A stretch of 64,000 bases of DNA, taken from assembly GCF_963853765.1 (NCBI RefSeq), contig NC_088861.1, positions 40,796,001 through 40,860,000 of the forward strand, read 5' to 3'. The position numbers and the translations under genes are program-made. Shown here in pieces: positions 34,089 to 46,718 of this stretch (position 1 is its first letter; every line of letters starts with the position of its first letter). The notes under the pieces are model-generated. The model was not told where the DNA came from. It was given only the letters and a program-made list of their open reading frames with translations, and did not search any database. The DNA comes from Magallana gigas (lineage: Eukaryota).

Positions 34089-36957
34089 TTACAAATTACT
34101 TGTACACGTATATTTAAAAATTACAAATTACTTGGACATGTATATTTAATAATTATAAATGACTTGTACATGTATTTAAAACATGGTTTGTTTTTTTTAT
34201 ATTAGGATTGGATAAAGAAATAGTCGAAGAGTAGTTAATTAGAGTTTGGTTTTAATATTCCGTGTATATTTCAAAATAGGTAATGATAATTATGTATATG
34301 TATAATTTCCATTTTACATGTAAATGGACCTTTACATTTTGAAATATTATAAAAAATAATAATGTGAAACATTGTTATGTTTTGTGTTCCTGGATGGATA
34401 CCTGTTACATCTTATTATTGTTTCAATTATGGAGTACTACGTTTTCATCAAAAGATAGAAGCACAGACTTATAGATATTACTGGCACTTGTTTTGTCAGA
34501 TGTTGACGTTGTAAATTTTAAACATAACACATATTTATGATAAGACACCCTACAGTACTCGTTCATTTGGTATCCATCCGACCTTAAAGTTACCCTTAAT
34601 CTTATCAATAAAAGATCATACATTGATATTTGTATACACTTTATTTGAGGGGGGGGGGGGGGGATTACATTATGATAGTGTATTGAATGTTTATTTAGAA
34701 CGTAAGTGATAACAACTGGGTCAGTCTATCAACATAATTGAACCTCGATCGTTGGAAAATTATCTAATTATGTCAGTTTTCGTTGATAACTTTTCTTGCA
34801 AACAACTTAATAGGCTGGGTCGTCAAAATGATTTCCATCAGTTCAACCTTCAACATGCAGGTATGTTTTGTTACTCTAAAAGAAATATTAGATACAGAAA
34901 AAATTCTCTAGATTTTAGCTTTTAAGTATTTTTCATTACCTCTATTCAAAACTGTTCATCTTAAAGAGATCAATACAGTCTAAAATGGCAACAATCATCC
35001 ATCCCTCTTGCAAACATTGCTTTCAATAAAATGTTTACAATAAATGACTGCCGAGGATCCCGGAGTACTTAACATTGCAAATAAAAATCGCAGATGCGGA
35101 GTCACCTTTTGTTACTTACTAAAAACTATTTATTGTTTAATACATAATTGCACAACTGTACGGAAAGTGCTGATAGAAATGTTTGATTACTTCATATACA
35201 ACTAGCAAAACTTTTGAGGAATATTTCATTTATGACAATCATGTTTACATGTAATCGTTTGATAAAGAAAGTGGATATTATTCTAATACGATAACTACTT
35301 CAGGGGACTTGGTATCTTCTTGTTAAATTAAAGAAAATCTTTTAGATTAAATTTCTTAAACTAATTATTACATGTAATTTATTACCCAGTTAAATTTACA
35401 AAAATAACAATTTAATAAATACCCATCACATTCAATGTCCAATACGAAAACGACCAGATAGAATAAGTATATAGATCATTATGATAGGATCACATTGTTG
35501 ACATACAGTTTGCATATAGACAAATAGTTTCGCGCTGCATTTGAAAACCCTTAAAATACTAGAAAAAAATTAAAAACATTTTGGTGATTAAGTTATTAAA
35601 CGTTTATTATCAGATTATTCAAAGATGCACAAATCAATTTTGCTTGTTACGGATGTTGTTTGCCAGGGGTTAACTTGCTCTTAGTTTGATATAATGCTTC
35701 ATGTGCTTGCCAAGTGTATCACGTAATATGCATTTTTGAAAACATGATCGACGTGACTGCATATTCCATTTCTCTTCATTTATTCAAATATATTGTATTG
35801 CTTGCAAACTGTATTTTCAACATACATGTATCTTGTTTCTGATAACTAATTTTTGGATCGGTTATATAAAGATTGAGGGCAAATTAACAAGATCAGGTTA
35901 TATGTATACATATTCTTTCTTATATATTATATCAATACGCAAAAGGCCCAGCCACTCTGTTCATTTTTATTTAATTAAAACAAGAGGGTTGTGTATGTAC
36001 AAACCAGAGTATAATTTTCTGTTCTATAGTTTAAAGGTAAAAGGTAAAAAAAAAAAATAGATATTTAACAATGGAAGATAAAGTTAATTTTCTTTAATTG
36101 TGATTGTACAAAAATAAACGTCCTTCATTTACACTAAAGAGCAGTTTTACATAGGAATTGTTTATGCTAGCTTAAAGACATGTGTAAGAAACTAAAGTAC
36201 CCTATCTGAGGGGCAATTAAAATACTCTCTGAAATCTTTCATATATATTAATAGTAAGTTAGGATATGTAAAACAAAAATTGTTTGTAAGGTTGTTTTAT
36301 TATCTTATAAAAAAGGTTCCAACATACATCATTAACAAGTCTGTAAAAATATGAAAGTACCTTCCACAATATTTAAAAATTATCTGAAGTCCATGTGGAA
36401 TGTAAAATGATACAAGGTGCCCATTAGATGTGTTTGCTAGTGGTAAACTAGAAATTCATGTCTTTTAAGATGGTCAGATTTTTTTTATTGTGATTTTATG
36501 TTTCATAAAGGTAATTAAAACAACAATACTAAGATAGTGTTGTGTTGCAAGAATATGTGAATGCAGCAATAAAAGACAACAATTGTCTTGTAATAAACGC
36601 AGTTCCTCGTTTATCGTCCCTTATCACAAGAGGACAAATATTAAATGCTTTTTTAAAGCTTGGTATGACAAAAATGGCAGATTGCAAAAACGTTATGGTA
36701 AACTTTGGTACGGTCACACTCAAAATAGTTGGACCTTTACAACAGTTTTTTTAATTGAAATATTTTTTGTTATATGATAATTAAAGAGATATTTTAATTC
36801 TGATCAGGTGCAATTCTAAACTAAAAATTTTTATTTCACTTTACTTATTTTGTTTCACGTTTGAAGCAATAAAATCAAAATAACTATAACAAAGCGTTTT
36901 CTTCATCGATTAAGGACATAACATTGACCAATGGGCTTCATACAACAGTGCACTGTG

Positions 36958-37698
36958 TCAGCCTGATGTTAGGGCGCTCAGGAAAATGGTGGGCACAAGA
37001 AGCGGTAGAGAAAGTACCCCGGCTCCAAACAACAGAGCCAAATTTATCCCTGGTCTCTGTGTAAGGGTTTCCTTTGATTCAGAGATAACTGTAAAAAGGA
37101 ATACTTATTTTTGCAAGCATATAACAGTTTGGATCTACACTGTTGTAACGATTTTAAGAAATGTATGCACCATCTCCACAAGCATTGTAAAATAACTAAA
37201 GATCGATATATCAATTTCTTTCCACAAATTGCACAAATCAGATATATAGTTGTAGATAAGAAATAATGATGACACTTTACATTTAGGCCTTAGTCTTGTT
37301 CTAAAATCACCCTCACAATATTTTTCTTCATGCCTAGGAAACCCTTCCAGTCACCATTCTGACAGTCACCGCGGTAACTGCATTGTACATTCGATTCACA
37401 ATCATCTAAATCAGTACAATTAATAGATATTATTTCACTGAACAGGATGTGTTGTATTTTGAAAAAAAAGAGAGAAAATATATGTTACCGAGACATGGAG
37501 GTGGTCCGTAGGTGTGCGCAGGACATACACATTTTCCATTTTCTTACTACGTGAACACACATTACGTTTTGCACTCGTTGTGGTCAGTTTCTCCCAAATC
37601 ATTACTCTCGCCTAAATTCAGTTAATCTGCGACGTGAAAAAGTAATAAAATTTGTATTAAACAATTAGCTAATTTAAAATTGCCATTACCCGCAAATT

Positions 37699-37785
<87 letters not shown>

Positions 37786-37945
37786 TCCTGATACTTACCC
37801 AAACATCCATCGCTTTTAGTAGTACTGGAGATAAGTCGTAAAATCTACTTTAACCTTCACAATTAGCTGCGCAATTGTCTTTTTCGCCACACTTGGTATC
37901 GTGATTACCATAATCCTCCTCAGAAGCCATCGTTTAACAAACAAA
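36958..37945 (-). pseudogene. Inverted degenerate copy B1 of the EGF-family gene
   Basis: Four exon homologues in order with splice sites; last exon 36958-37088 open (VISESKETLTQRPGINLALLFGAGVL...TSG*); EGF exons have stops, indels and lost cysteines. Confidence 0.8.
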
Positions 37946-38844
37946 AAATTGGAAAACGCTAGGGTTTGGCAAATTGAGATGGCAAAAAATATTTAGTTTA
38001 TTCTGTTCAAAACTTCTCTTTATTGCATTGTATTGGTGCATTTGAGGATTTTCATAGTTTATATACTTTATTGATTAAAGAAAGCCTTATTTGTACTGGA
38101 TATTAACTGAACATTTTTGCAACACCTGCACTTCTCAAATTCAGAGTAATAAAATGTATGTTTGCCTTATATTTCAATTTTGTTTGCTACACAAGTAAGT
38201 CTTGCAAATATTATCTTATAACTAGATCTTTGCAGTATCTGGGTTAGAGAGTGCATGGGGATCCTTATCCGTACACGTAGGGATTTTCTTGTCAGATAAC
38301 TTTTTCATTAGTTCAAATTACTTAGACTTAATCGGACTTAACTTGATATGAGATATCCAGTTATTGAGATAAATGGGTGGCTATCTGATCCACGAAAGAT
38401 TACTCTCAATTACCTCCATTGGTCTCATATACATGTACAATTTGGAGTTATCGTTTTGATGTACCGACGATTTCTAGATCAGTTAATAAATTTCACGAGA
38501 TTGTTAAAGATTACCACTGATCTGAGAGAAACATTAAAGAAAAGGAGTTTGGGAAATGTTATACGTCCCTGGCGAAGTATACTGTTTTATTTACTTAAAA
38601 AGCATGATGCTCTTAAAATTACACTTCTGATATGTACTTTGATTCTCGCGAGAACGTGAGGTTGGAAACCATTGGTACTATGAATTGTGGGTCAAAATTT
38701 ACTGACGCCGAGAAAATCTAGCTACCGGATCAATGTGTAAACCTTTGTGACGTCATTCGATTATTTTTTTATTGAGAGTGTACTGATGTGAACTTTAGAG
38801 GTACCATTGACTGTAACGTTATGTCGTATACATCGTTATTGGTT

Positions 38845-39732
38845 TTATTAGGGTCTTCCGTTTTCAACGGAAGACCCTCTTGTTATTCTTCGGTTTCTTT
38901 CTATTATTATACTTTTTCTTTTTTTTCTGACTTCTTTTCGGCTTCATAACTCAAAAAGTTTTTGACCGATTTTTATGAAACTTTCAGAGATAATGTGAAA
39001 TTATAATGGCTCAAAGATGTTAAAGTTTCTATAGCAAGGTCACGTCCGTTTTTACGTTACGTCATTTTTAAAAATTTCAAAAAGTCATTTTGTCCGCGGC
39101 TTTTTTCAAAAACGACTCAAGATGGAAAGTTGAAATTTTTCGAGCTTATATATTGATCGTTTTGCCTCTGTAATCAGGCTGGAAATGAAAATCCGTCACT
39201 TCCGGTCGAAACCGGAAGTAAATCAAATTTTTCGAAAATTTTTGATCAAATAAAATAAAATTTTTCGAGAATTTTTGATCAAATAAAAAACGTATATGTA
39301 TTTTGTAGAGCTTAGTAAGCTGAATATAACACTGAAAACCGTTTTTTAATCGGATGATTTATAACAGAGATATTGGGGTTTAAACATTGATTTTTCCGGA
39401 AATTTTGATTCCACGTTCTTGGTTTAAAAAATAGCATAAAGTTAAAAGTTAAATTAACTCGTACCAAAAATAATTGTTAAGTCGTACTTGAACACATTCG
39501 GATTTTTTTTGCTAAGTCGTTTTTGAAATCGAAAAGGTTTTTGTTAATTCGTACTTATAATCATTCGGGTTTTGTTAAGTCGTACCAGGAATAATTCGAT
39601 TTTTTTCATCTTTTTATTTAATTTACTCTTGTTATTTGTTTAAGAGCTCTGCTTCATACAGGAACTTCAAGCTTTGCTTCCTACATTAACGGAAGACCCA
39701 CTCGTTGCTTTGCAACGAGCTTTGCTCTAGTT
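38845..39732 (+). mobile_element. Helentron-associated non-autonomous element (HINE-like)
   Basis: 5' hairpin GGGTCTTCCGTT-ttc-AACGGAAGACCC, 3' repeat AACGGAAGACCC then hairpin CTCGTTGC-tt-GCAACGAG, T-rich flanks. Confidence 0.75.
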
Positions 39733-41228
39733 GTCTTGCTGATTCTCGTGAGAGTGTGAAGTGATAAAAATTGCCATGATTACAGGGAACTACTGGGACG
39801 ATTAAAACAATGCATTACTGGTCCGATTTCTGACGCTAAAAAAATCCGTTGAATGAATGTGCAACTAGTCCGAATTTTCTATTCACACACGCCTTGCCGG
39901 TAGAGCTCGCTTCGCGCCGGCGCTGTGAACCGGCGAGCTGCGCTCGCTATCAATAAGTAAATATGTTTGTAACATATGATAGCCCTACGTAGCAGCTACG
40001 ATCTTGAACGCAGCCCAGAAGTCTAATAAGCCTTTTAATTCCAAAAACTGTTTTGATTATAATATGTTAACAGATAAATACTTATAAAATGGCAATTTAA
40101 CAAAAATTTGAGCTGTTTAACTTTATTCTATGTTTAACTTCACCATTGAAGTTTGTTCACCGTCTCCATGTACGCCGCCATAACTGATGCTAAAAATGGA
40201 TATGTGCCTGTTATCACTCGCTAAAGCTTTTTAAAAATTTAAATATCAGGCTTAATATGATTTAGATATCATAAGTCTAAATTAAACAACTCACTGAAGA
40301 TTCATTTCACCTTTATTTTTAACACCTCTGTGGCCTTATTGAAACCACGGTTGTGAATGCGTGTGCGCTTGTCACCTATTATCTCGGACATTCACCTAAG
40401 GTGAAAGAAATGATCAAAACAACCAACATTGTTAATAAAAATGTTTATTTTCTTTTTATTTTACCTTTAGAACAAATCTAATTAAATATCAATATGTAAA
40501 GTGTTGATTTTTTTAACACATTCTCGAGAAAACCGAAGAGGAAGAGATGTTAAATACAAACCATATATATTTCATAAAGAGTATTAAAAGTGGGAAAATT
40601 TAAAATAAAGGGCAAAAACATCGTACAGTATATGTATTGTTTATTTTTAATCACATTAAAGAATTTGGTAGGGCTAGTAGATATTGAGGTAGGGCAAGTA
40701 AATTTTACCCAGCCACTTGGCCGAGGGCAAGTGCTTAAAAAATGTATTTGTCAGCCCTTAATGGTATCAATAAGTGCTTTTATTTAAGTCAAATGACCGT
40801 TTTTATCTGCGATGAAGAGTAAAAAAATTAAATCATAAGCAATGAATTCAATATTTATTAGTTTTATACTCGTCAATATAAAATGGTTTGAAACAGTTTA
40901 CGCTTTTTTTTATAAACCGCTTCGCCTTGAGCGGGCGCAAAAATGCCACGTACTTGGCACTGGCATAATTATCCGGCACAGTGTTATAAAATATATAACG
41001 TGTAATAGTAATAATCGTATTAAATTGCCCTTAAAATATTAGGAATATGATTCAAACGTATTTTATAGATAAGTGAAAAGTATTAAAAATCCAAAGAACA
41101 ATTCTGTCGTCTGCATGTGATATTCCTTTGATCGATACACATGTAAACATTACTAACAAACCCGTTGGGGTTACACGGAACAGCCCCGTCAAAATGACCT
41201 ATATCGTCTCTCTATAAGAGAAATATTG

Positions 41229-41432
41229 GGCTGTTAGTAGAGTAGAAATAAAGTTCTTGTTATCGTTAATGTTGCAGGATAACCTCCTCGGTCTCGAAAT
41301 ATTGTTTGAAATATTAAAGCCTCGGCTTAATAACGCCTCGGCTTTTATATTTCAAAAGAACATTTCTAGACCTCGGAGCTAGGTTATTCTGCAACATTAA
41401 CGAAAACCCTTACTTTATTTTTTAAATAACAG
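41229..41432. mobile_element. Long imperfect hairpin with GCCTCGGC direct-repeat core (possible Crypton-like non-autonomous element)
   Basis: Arms ...GTTAATGTTGCAG...GAAATAT / ATATTTC...CTGCAACATTAAC...; core GCCTCGGC-ttaataac-GCCTCGGC. Confidence 0.55.
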
Positions 41433-43563
41433 CGTAAACAGCTGGCAAAGGGTGTTATATATGGGAAAACATTTGCAATTGCCTGCGTTTTTGAAAAATT
41501 GTGTCTAAATTGCAACCATGGCACTTTAAATCATTACTTTTTGGAAGCCATTTTGCCATTTTGGTTATATGTGACACTGAAAAAAAATCATGCCATCAGT
41601 AAAAAAAAATAAAATAGTATTATACAGAATTTCAAAAAATCGTAGAAGGGCCATTGAGTTGCTGTAATGTATAATGAATAGGAATCATGGTATAGAAAAC
41701 CGTTTAAAACAATCCTGGGGAAATTTTTTGGAAAAGAGAAACTGCTGCAAGATAATGTATGGATGTGACCTACCCTCAACTGGAGAAGTATGAAAACGAG
41801 AATCTTTGGTTTAAAAAAAGCTACGGTGGCCAAAGGTAGATATAGACCCTCAGGTGACCGATGTGGCCCATTGGTCTCTTCTTTTATTTCTTCGACACTA
41901 AAAATAATTTACCTTGTACTTTTAACTGCTTCGATTATAGTGCAAATATTTTTTACGTTTTGGTTAAGGATGTTATTTTTAATCATCATTAAGTAGATTT
42001 AATGTTTGTTCATATGATTCATATCGCTGGCCTTGTTGACATTCCCTCCCGATTAAGAAATTTTTTTTCTTTACAAATCAGTTGATATAAGTCTGAATCT
42101 CGGACATCGAACAATTATTTTATAATAGCCAGGATGGACAGTATGTTTCACATAGTTATGTTTAAAATACATATTGTGCTCAAAACGACATGTTCAGTTT
42201 GATTGTAGAGAACCTATGACAGCGGCCTACGACGTCTCATATGCAACTTTCCTTTTATTGGCTGCTTGCTTTAACGGGCATCCCGAATCTTATCTGTCCG
42301 AGGATATAGAAAGTTATTTGTAATCTATTGCGCGATTCAGATATTCAAAAACACTCAGTTGCATGATGATCTCAATACCTGAAATTCCCTTATTTATTCT
42401 TTATTGACAAGGTGATACAAACCTGATGTTCGGAAACGAACACAGATCTATTCCTAGCCAGGATGGGTAGGATTTACCTACATGTACCAGGAAACTCGTA
42501 TTGACATCCTCATAAATTAATGATTAATAATATACATGTGCGCTCACAAAAAAGATAGACGTAGCTCGCTCAAAACAACGTCGCAAGTTATCAATGTCCT
42601 CTGTTAAAATACGAAAAAGATGTTCTATGTATGTGTCTAATATTCAGAATTTTGCTGAGAGTAAGTAACACAAATAGCCTGGTAAAATGCGTGATCGAGC
42701 ATGAGGCCAAAGACCTCGACTAGTTCACATTATTTTGAAGTATTTTTATTTTCTTGAATAGCGGTAAAATTTTAAAAAGTTGACCCCCCCCCCACCCCAT
42801 TTGAATTTTTTCCTGTCATTTTCAATTCCAACACATGCTAGAAATCCATATCTTTAAGTAATTTAGAAGAATGGACTTGTATGCAGAACTTTTCCCAGGT
42901 GTGTTGAGGACCCTTAACGTTATTGTTATTGTATTGATACACCAACGATCACGCTCGATACACATTCATTTCGTTTGTTATTCATTATAGATAACTAATT
43001 ATTCAACCAGTCAAAAAACAGAATAAGATTATTTTGCAATGAAGTAATGATAAATCTAATTAATAATAAAGTTGTTGGACCATAATAATCCCTACAGATA
43101 TAGATATAAGGATTCTCGTGCACTCTCTAATCCAGATACTACACAACTTTACTAAGTATTACAGAAGTTTTGCAAGATTTATTTAATTGTGAAGCACAAG
43201 CACGTGGGTACACGTAGTTATCCAATAGAATATACCTTGACTGTAGGTGTCTGGGTGGATGATAATATACCTACATGTTAAAAATATCGTTAATGTATAG
43301 CTTGCAAACTTGTGTGTCTATGTAATACAAACTAAAATTGAAATAGAAGGCAAACATTCATTTTATTACTCTGCATTTAAGAAGAACACGCGTCTCAAAA
43401 CTGTTCCGCTGATATCCAACACAAATTAGGATGTCTTTGATCAATGTAGTATATATTCTATAAAAATCTTCAGATTCACCAAAAATGCAATAAAGAGAAG
43501 TTTTAAACAGAATAAATTTAACACATTTTAATAATACTTCGATTATAACATAAAGAGTACTGG

Positions 43564-44332
43564 TACTGTACCAGTTATCGGCTAAGACCAGTTATCGGCT
43601 AAATTGAGAGTTCGGGTTTATAGCACGCGAAAATCCAATATTTTTTAATTCAGTCGTCTTTTTCGAATAAAGAAAAGTAAGTATTTGCTTGAAAACTTTT
43701 TTGAATATGTTTTATACATGAGCTTAAACGATCATCGTTTACCGCTGATTTTACATCTTTGCACTTTCAGCAGTGGGGGAAGTGACATAATAAGTTAAAA
43801 ATAGAATATTACCTCTGTGTGATACGTTATTATATCCCTTCTTTGATTTGACATATAAAATCAATATATTTAACATGTATAAACAAAAGGAATTCACGAA
43901 TTTCCGAGAGATTCGTAGCGTAATTGAACCCCTGATTGCACAATTATGTATTGAATAGTATACGATTTGGTGTATTACCGTATGGTAATAAACGAATTAT
44001 TTTATGAGTTTTGTTTATAATGTAACATGACCCCGAATACGTTAGTATGACCTCACAAGGGGCACAATTCAAACTACATTTAGCAGAGTATAAAATCAAC
44101 ATGAACACGGATTTTTACTATGTTATTATCACGAAGCCGATAACTGGTACAGTAAATCGTAAACACTCGGCAAATTCGGGTCGTACTTAAAAGCACAAAA
44201 CAAGATATAAACTAACAGATTAATAAATAAGGAGTTCCCTTTTTAAAGTATGCCAAGTTTTATCCAAAAATATCAAGAAATAAGGAATTACGAAAAGAAA
44301 ACGTTAAATTTTAGCCGATAACTGGTACAGTA
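43564..44332. mobile_element. ~770-bp MITE with TACTGTACCAGTTATCGGCTAA terminal inverted repeats
   Basis: 22-bp perfect TIR, extra internal copies at ~43590 and ~44140; ends ~85 bp upstream of the EGF-gene TATA box. Confidence 0.85.
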
Positions 44333-44416
44333 CCAGTATGCACGCCTTAACTCAAAATGATTATTACAGTAGTAGTCAACAGATTTACCTTTCTGCCTTA
44401 AGGTTATTTTTCGTTA

Positions 44417-44426
44417 TATATAAAAG
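44417..44426 (+). promoter_or_regulatory. TATA box of the EGF-family gene
   Basis: TATATAAAAG 66 nt before the first ATG (44492); homologous motif in copy B2. Confidence 0.6.
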
Positions 44427-44491
44427 TTGCTGTTGAATAATTCGTTCTTCATATACCAGTGCACCGCAAAGAGACGACAAGTGTGCTAGGG

Positions 44492-44700
44492 ATGCAGTAT
44501 TGTTTGATTTTCTCCTTCATTAGCATTTTCAATTTGTTTGTTTGGGGGAAAGATGACTATGGAGGTAGGTTGTACGGGCAATACCGACTGTCGCAAGAAT
44601 GCCATTTGCAAAACTGTCATGTACAATACTGAATGTGAATGTGAAAGTGGGTTTTACGACTTTCCTCCATTCACTACTGCTGAAAACCAGGGCTGTCTGG
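44492..44700 (+). CDS. EGF-family gene exon 1: signal peptide + EGF-like domain 1 (1-nt frame offset between them)
   Basis: MQYCLIFSFISIFNLFVWG from 44492; MTMEVGCTGNTDCRKNAICKTVMYNTECECESGFYDFPPFTTAENQGCL from 44553; donor G|GTAAGT. Confidence 0.7.
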
Positions 44701-44808
44701 GTAAGTAGCAGAAACAGAGAGAGACTGGCGGCTAATGACGATTTTGAATTAGTTGATTAATAAATATAAATTTTGTTATTATTTCACGTCGCAGTTTTAC
44801 TGATTTAG

Positions 44809-44931
44809 GTGAGTGTAATGATGTGGGAGAGACTGATCAGTGCAAAGGAAATACACAGTGTGAGTTGACTACGCAAGGATACGGAAAATGCGTATGTCCT
44901 GCGGAAACCTTCGGGCCTCCTGAATGTCTCG
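44809..44931 (+). CDS. EGF-family gene exon 2: EGF-like domain 2
   Basis: (G)ECNDVGETDQCKGNTQCELTTQGYGKCVCPAETFGPPECL, six Cys, phase 1 to 1. Confidence 0.85.
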
Positions 44932-45014
44932 GTAACATATTTTCTCTTTCTTTTTTTTTCAAAGTGCAATGAATCCTGTTGAATAAAATTGTAGTCATCA
45001 ATTTTATTATTTAG

Positions 45015-45110
45015 ATGATTGTGAATCGAATGTACAATGCAGTTATCGCGGTGACTGTCAGAATGGCGAATGTGTTTGTTTCCCGGGGTATGAAGGAAAA
45101 TACTGTGAAG
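45015..45110 (+). CDS. EGF-family gene exon 3: EGF-like domain 3
   Basis: (D)DCESNVQCSYRGDCQNGECVCFPGYEGKYCE, canonical CxC..GY.G..C, phase 1 to 1. Confidence 0.88.
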
Positions 45111-45346
45111 GTAATTTGAGAACAAGACTAAGGCGCTCATCTACAATTTTATAGCATATTGGTTCGATGTTTGGTTAAAATTTGTAATGAAAAGTTCATA
45201 TATATTTAGTTATTTTATAACGTTGGTGGAAGTGGGTTCTATTCATTCAAATTAGTATTATTGTGCACTATTCTGCGATGTTTGGTGGGGATTGCAATTG
45301 AACATCAATATTATATTTAACGTTACAACAATCCTCAAGCAAACTG

Positions 45347-45440
<94 letters not shown>

Positions 45441-45579
45441 CGGAAGTATAAGTGTTCGGAAGATATTCTTAAAATATGTAAGAACTGATCTTTTTTTCAT
45501 ATCATATCCTACTTTGATTTATGTTAAAGTGCAATGAATCCTGTTGAATAAATTTGTAGTCATCAATTTTATTATTTAG

Positions 45580-45675
45580 ATGATTGTGAATCGAATGTAC
45601 AATGCAGTTATCGCGGTGACTGTCAGAATGGCGAATGTGTTTGTTTCCCGGGGTATGAAGGAAAATACTGTGAAG
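45580..45675 (+). CDS. Identical second copy of exon 3
   Basis: Same 96 nt with intact AG/GT; flanking intron differs by a few bases. Confidence 0.6.
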
Positions 45676-45764
45676 GTAATTTGAGAACAAGACTAAGACG
45701 CGCATCTACAATTTTATAGCATATTGGTTCGATGTTTGGTTAAAATTTGTAATGAAAAGTTCAT

Positions 45765-46297
45765 TTATCACATGTTTATCCCAATATACGGTGGATATCA
45801 CTCATGGGATAAAATTTTGATATTCCACTGTGTGTTCTTACGCCACGTGACGTCATAGTTAATCATTACGTAGGTTTAGACGGTTGATTGACGTAGAATG
45901 AAAAAGTAAATAATTAATTCAGTTGAGGGGTGTTGAGATATAAATTTGAAACATTTAATGTTGTTTCAGTTGTTTGTCATAAATTCATAAAAAATTGATC
46001 CAAAATAAATGTCTGTTTGTTAAACTTCAAGGAACTTTTTTTCCATGCGTAACGTTGTTGACGTGTTGAAAATAATGTGTTGTGCGGCTCACAATCACAA
46101 TTTTTACAGAAAAAGTTGGGATTAACAAAATATTTGGTAAAACATGTGATAAAAAGAATCTCTCATGATTTGCGATGGTATATGATTTTTATCCAACTCC
46201 TTGTGTGTTTTCTATCCCCTCGCCAAGGCTCGGGGATAGAAAACACACAACTCGTTGGATAAAAATCATATACCATCGCAAATCACGAGAGATCCTA
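45765..46297 (+). mobile_element. ~530-bp insertion ending in a long hairpin (possible Crypton-like)
   Basis: Absent at homologous empty sites (~45197 and ~26520); short IR TTTATCACATGTTT / AAACATGTGATAAA; hairpin 46158-46293 with core TCGCCAAGGCTC. Confidence 0.7.
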
Positions 46298-46428
46298 TAT
46301 ATATATTTAGTTATTTTATAACGTTGGTGGAAGTGGGTTCTATTCATTCAAATTAGTATTATTGTGCACTATTCTGCGATGTTTGGTGGGGATTGCAATT
46401 GAACATCAATATTATATTTAACGTTACA

Positions 46429-46577
46429 NNNNNNNNNNNNNNNNNNNNNNNNNNNNNNNNNNNNNNNNNNNNNNNNNNNNNNNNNNNNNNNNNNNNNNNN
46501 NNNNNNNNNNNNNNNNNNNNNNNNNNNNNNNNNNNNNNNNNNNNNNNNNNNNNNNNNNNNNNNNNNNNNNNNNNNNN
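46429..46577. other. Assembly gap (149 N)
   Basis: N run; flanks match sequence around the (TA)n tracts at ~26650 and ~45350. Confidence 1.
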
Positions 46578-46590
46578 TTCCTTTTAACAG

Positions 46591-46718
46591 TGATCGAAAC
46601 TACAACAACTACAACAGAGAGACCAGGGATAAATTTGGCTCTGTTGTTGGGAGCCTCGGTACTTCCTTTACTGCTTCTTGTATCAGCCGGTCTCGTGAGC
46701 GCCTTAACATCAGGCTGA
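46591..46718 (+). CDS. EGF-family gene last exon: Thr stalk + hydrophobic C-terminus
   Basis: (V)IETTTTTTERPGINLALLLGASVLPLLLLVSAGLVSALTSG*; phase-1 acceptor; AATAAA at 46765. Confidence 0.8.

Larger units (their letters stand above)
26500..38500 (+). repeat. Segmental duplication copy 1 (direct repeat of ~46300-61340)
   Basis: Colinear, near-identical sequence including LINE, flanks and EGF-family remnants; boundaries approximate. Confidence 0.92.

Noticed and set aside
36542-36754. 70-aa ORF MLQEYVNAAIKDNN... conserved at 59252
   Set aside because: Conservation is explained by the segmental duplication, and the frames diverge by an indel between copies.
36986-37195. + strand ORFs MVGTRSG... 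(also 59577) and - strand ORFs MNSKNAIF... (26592, 46424)
   Set aside because: These are antisense frames of the EGF-family last exon; splice signals and hydrophobic content support the opposite strand.
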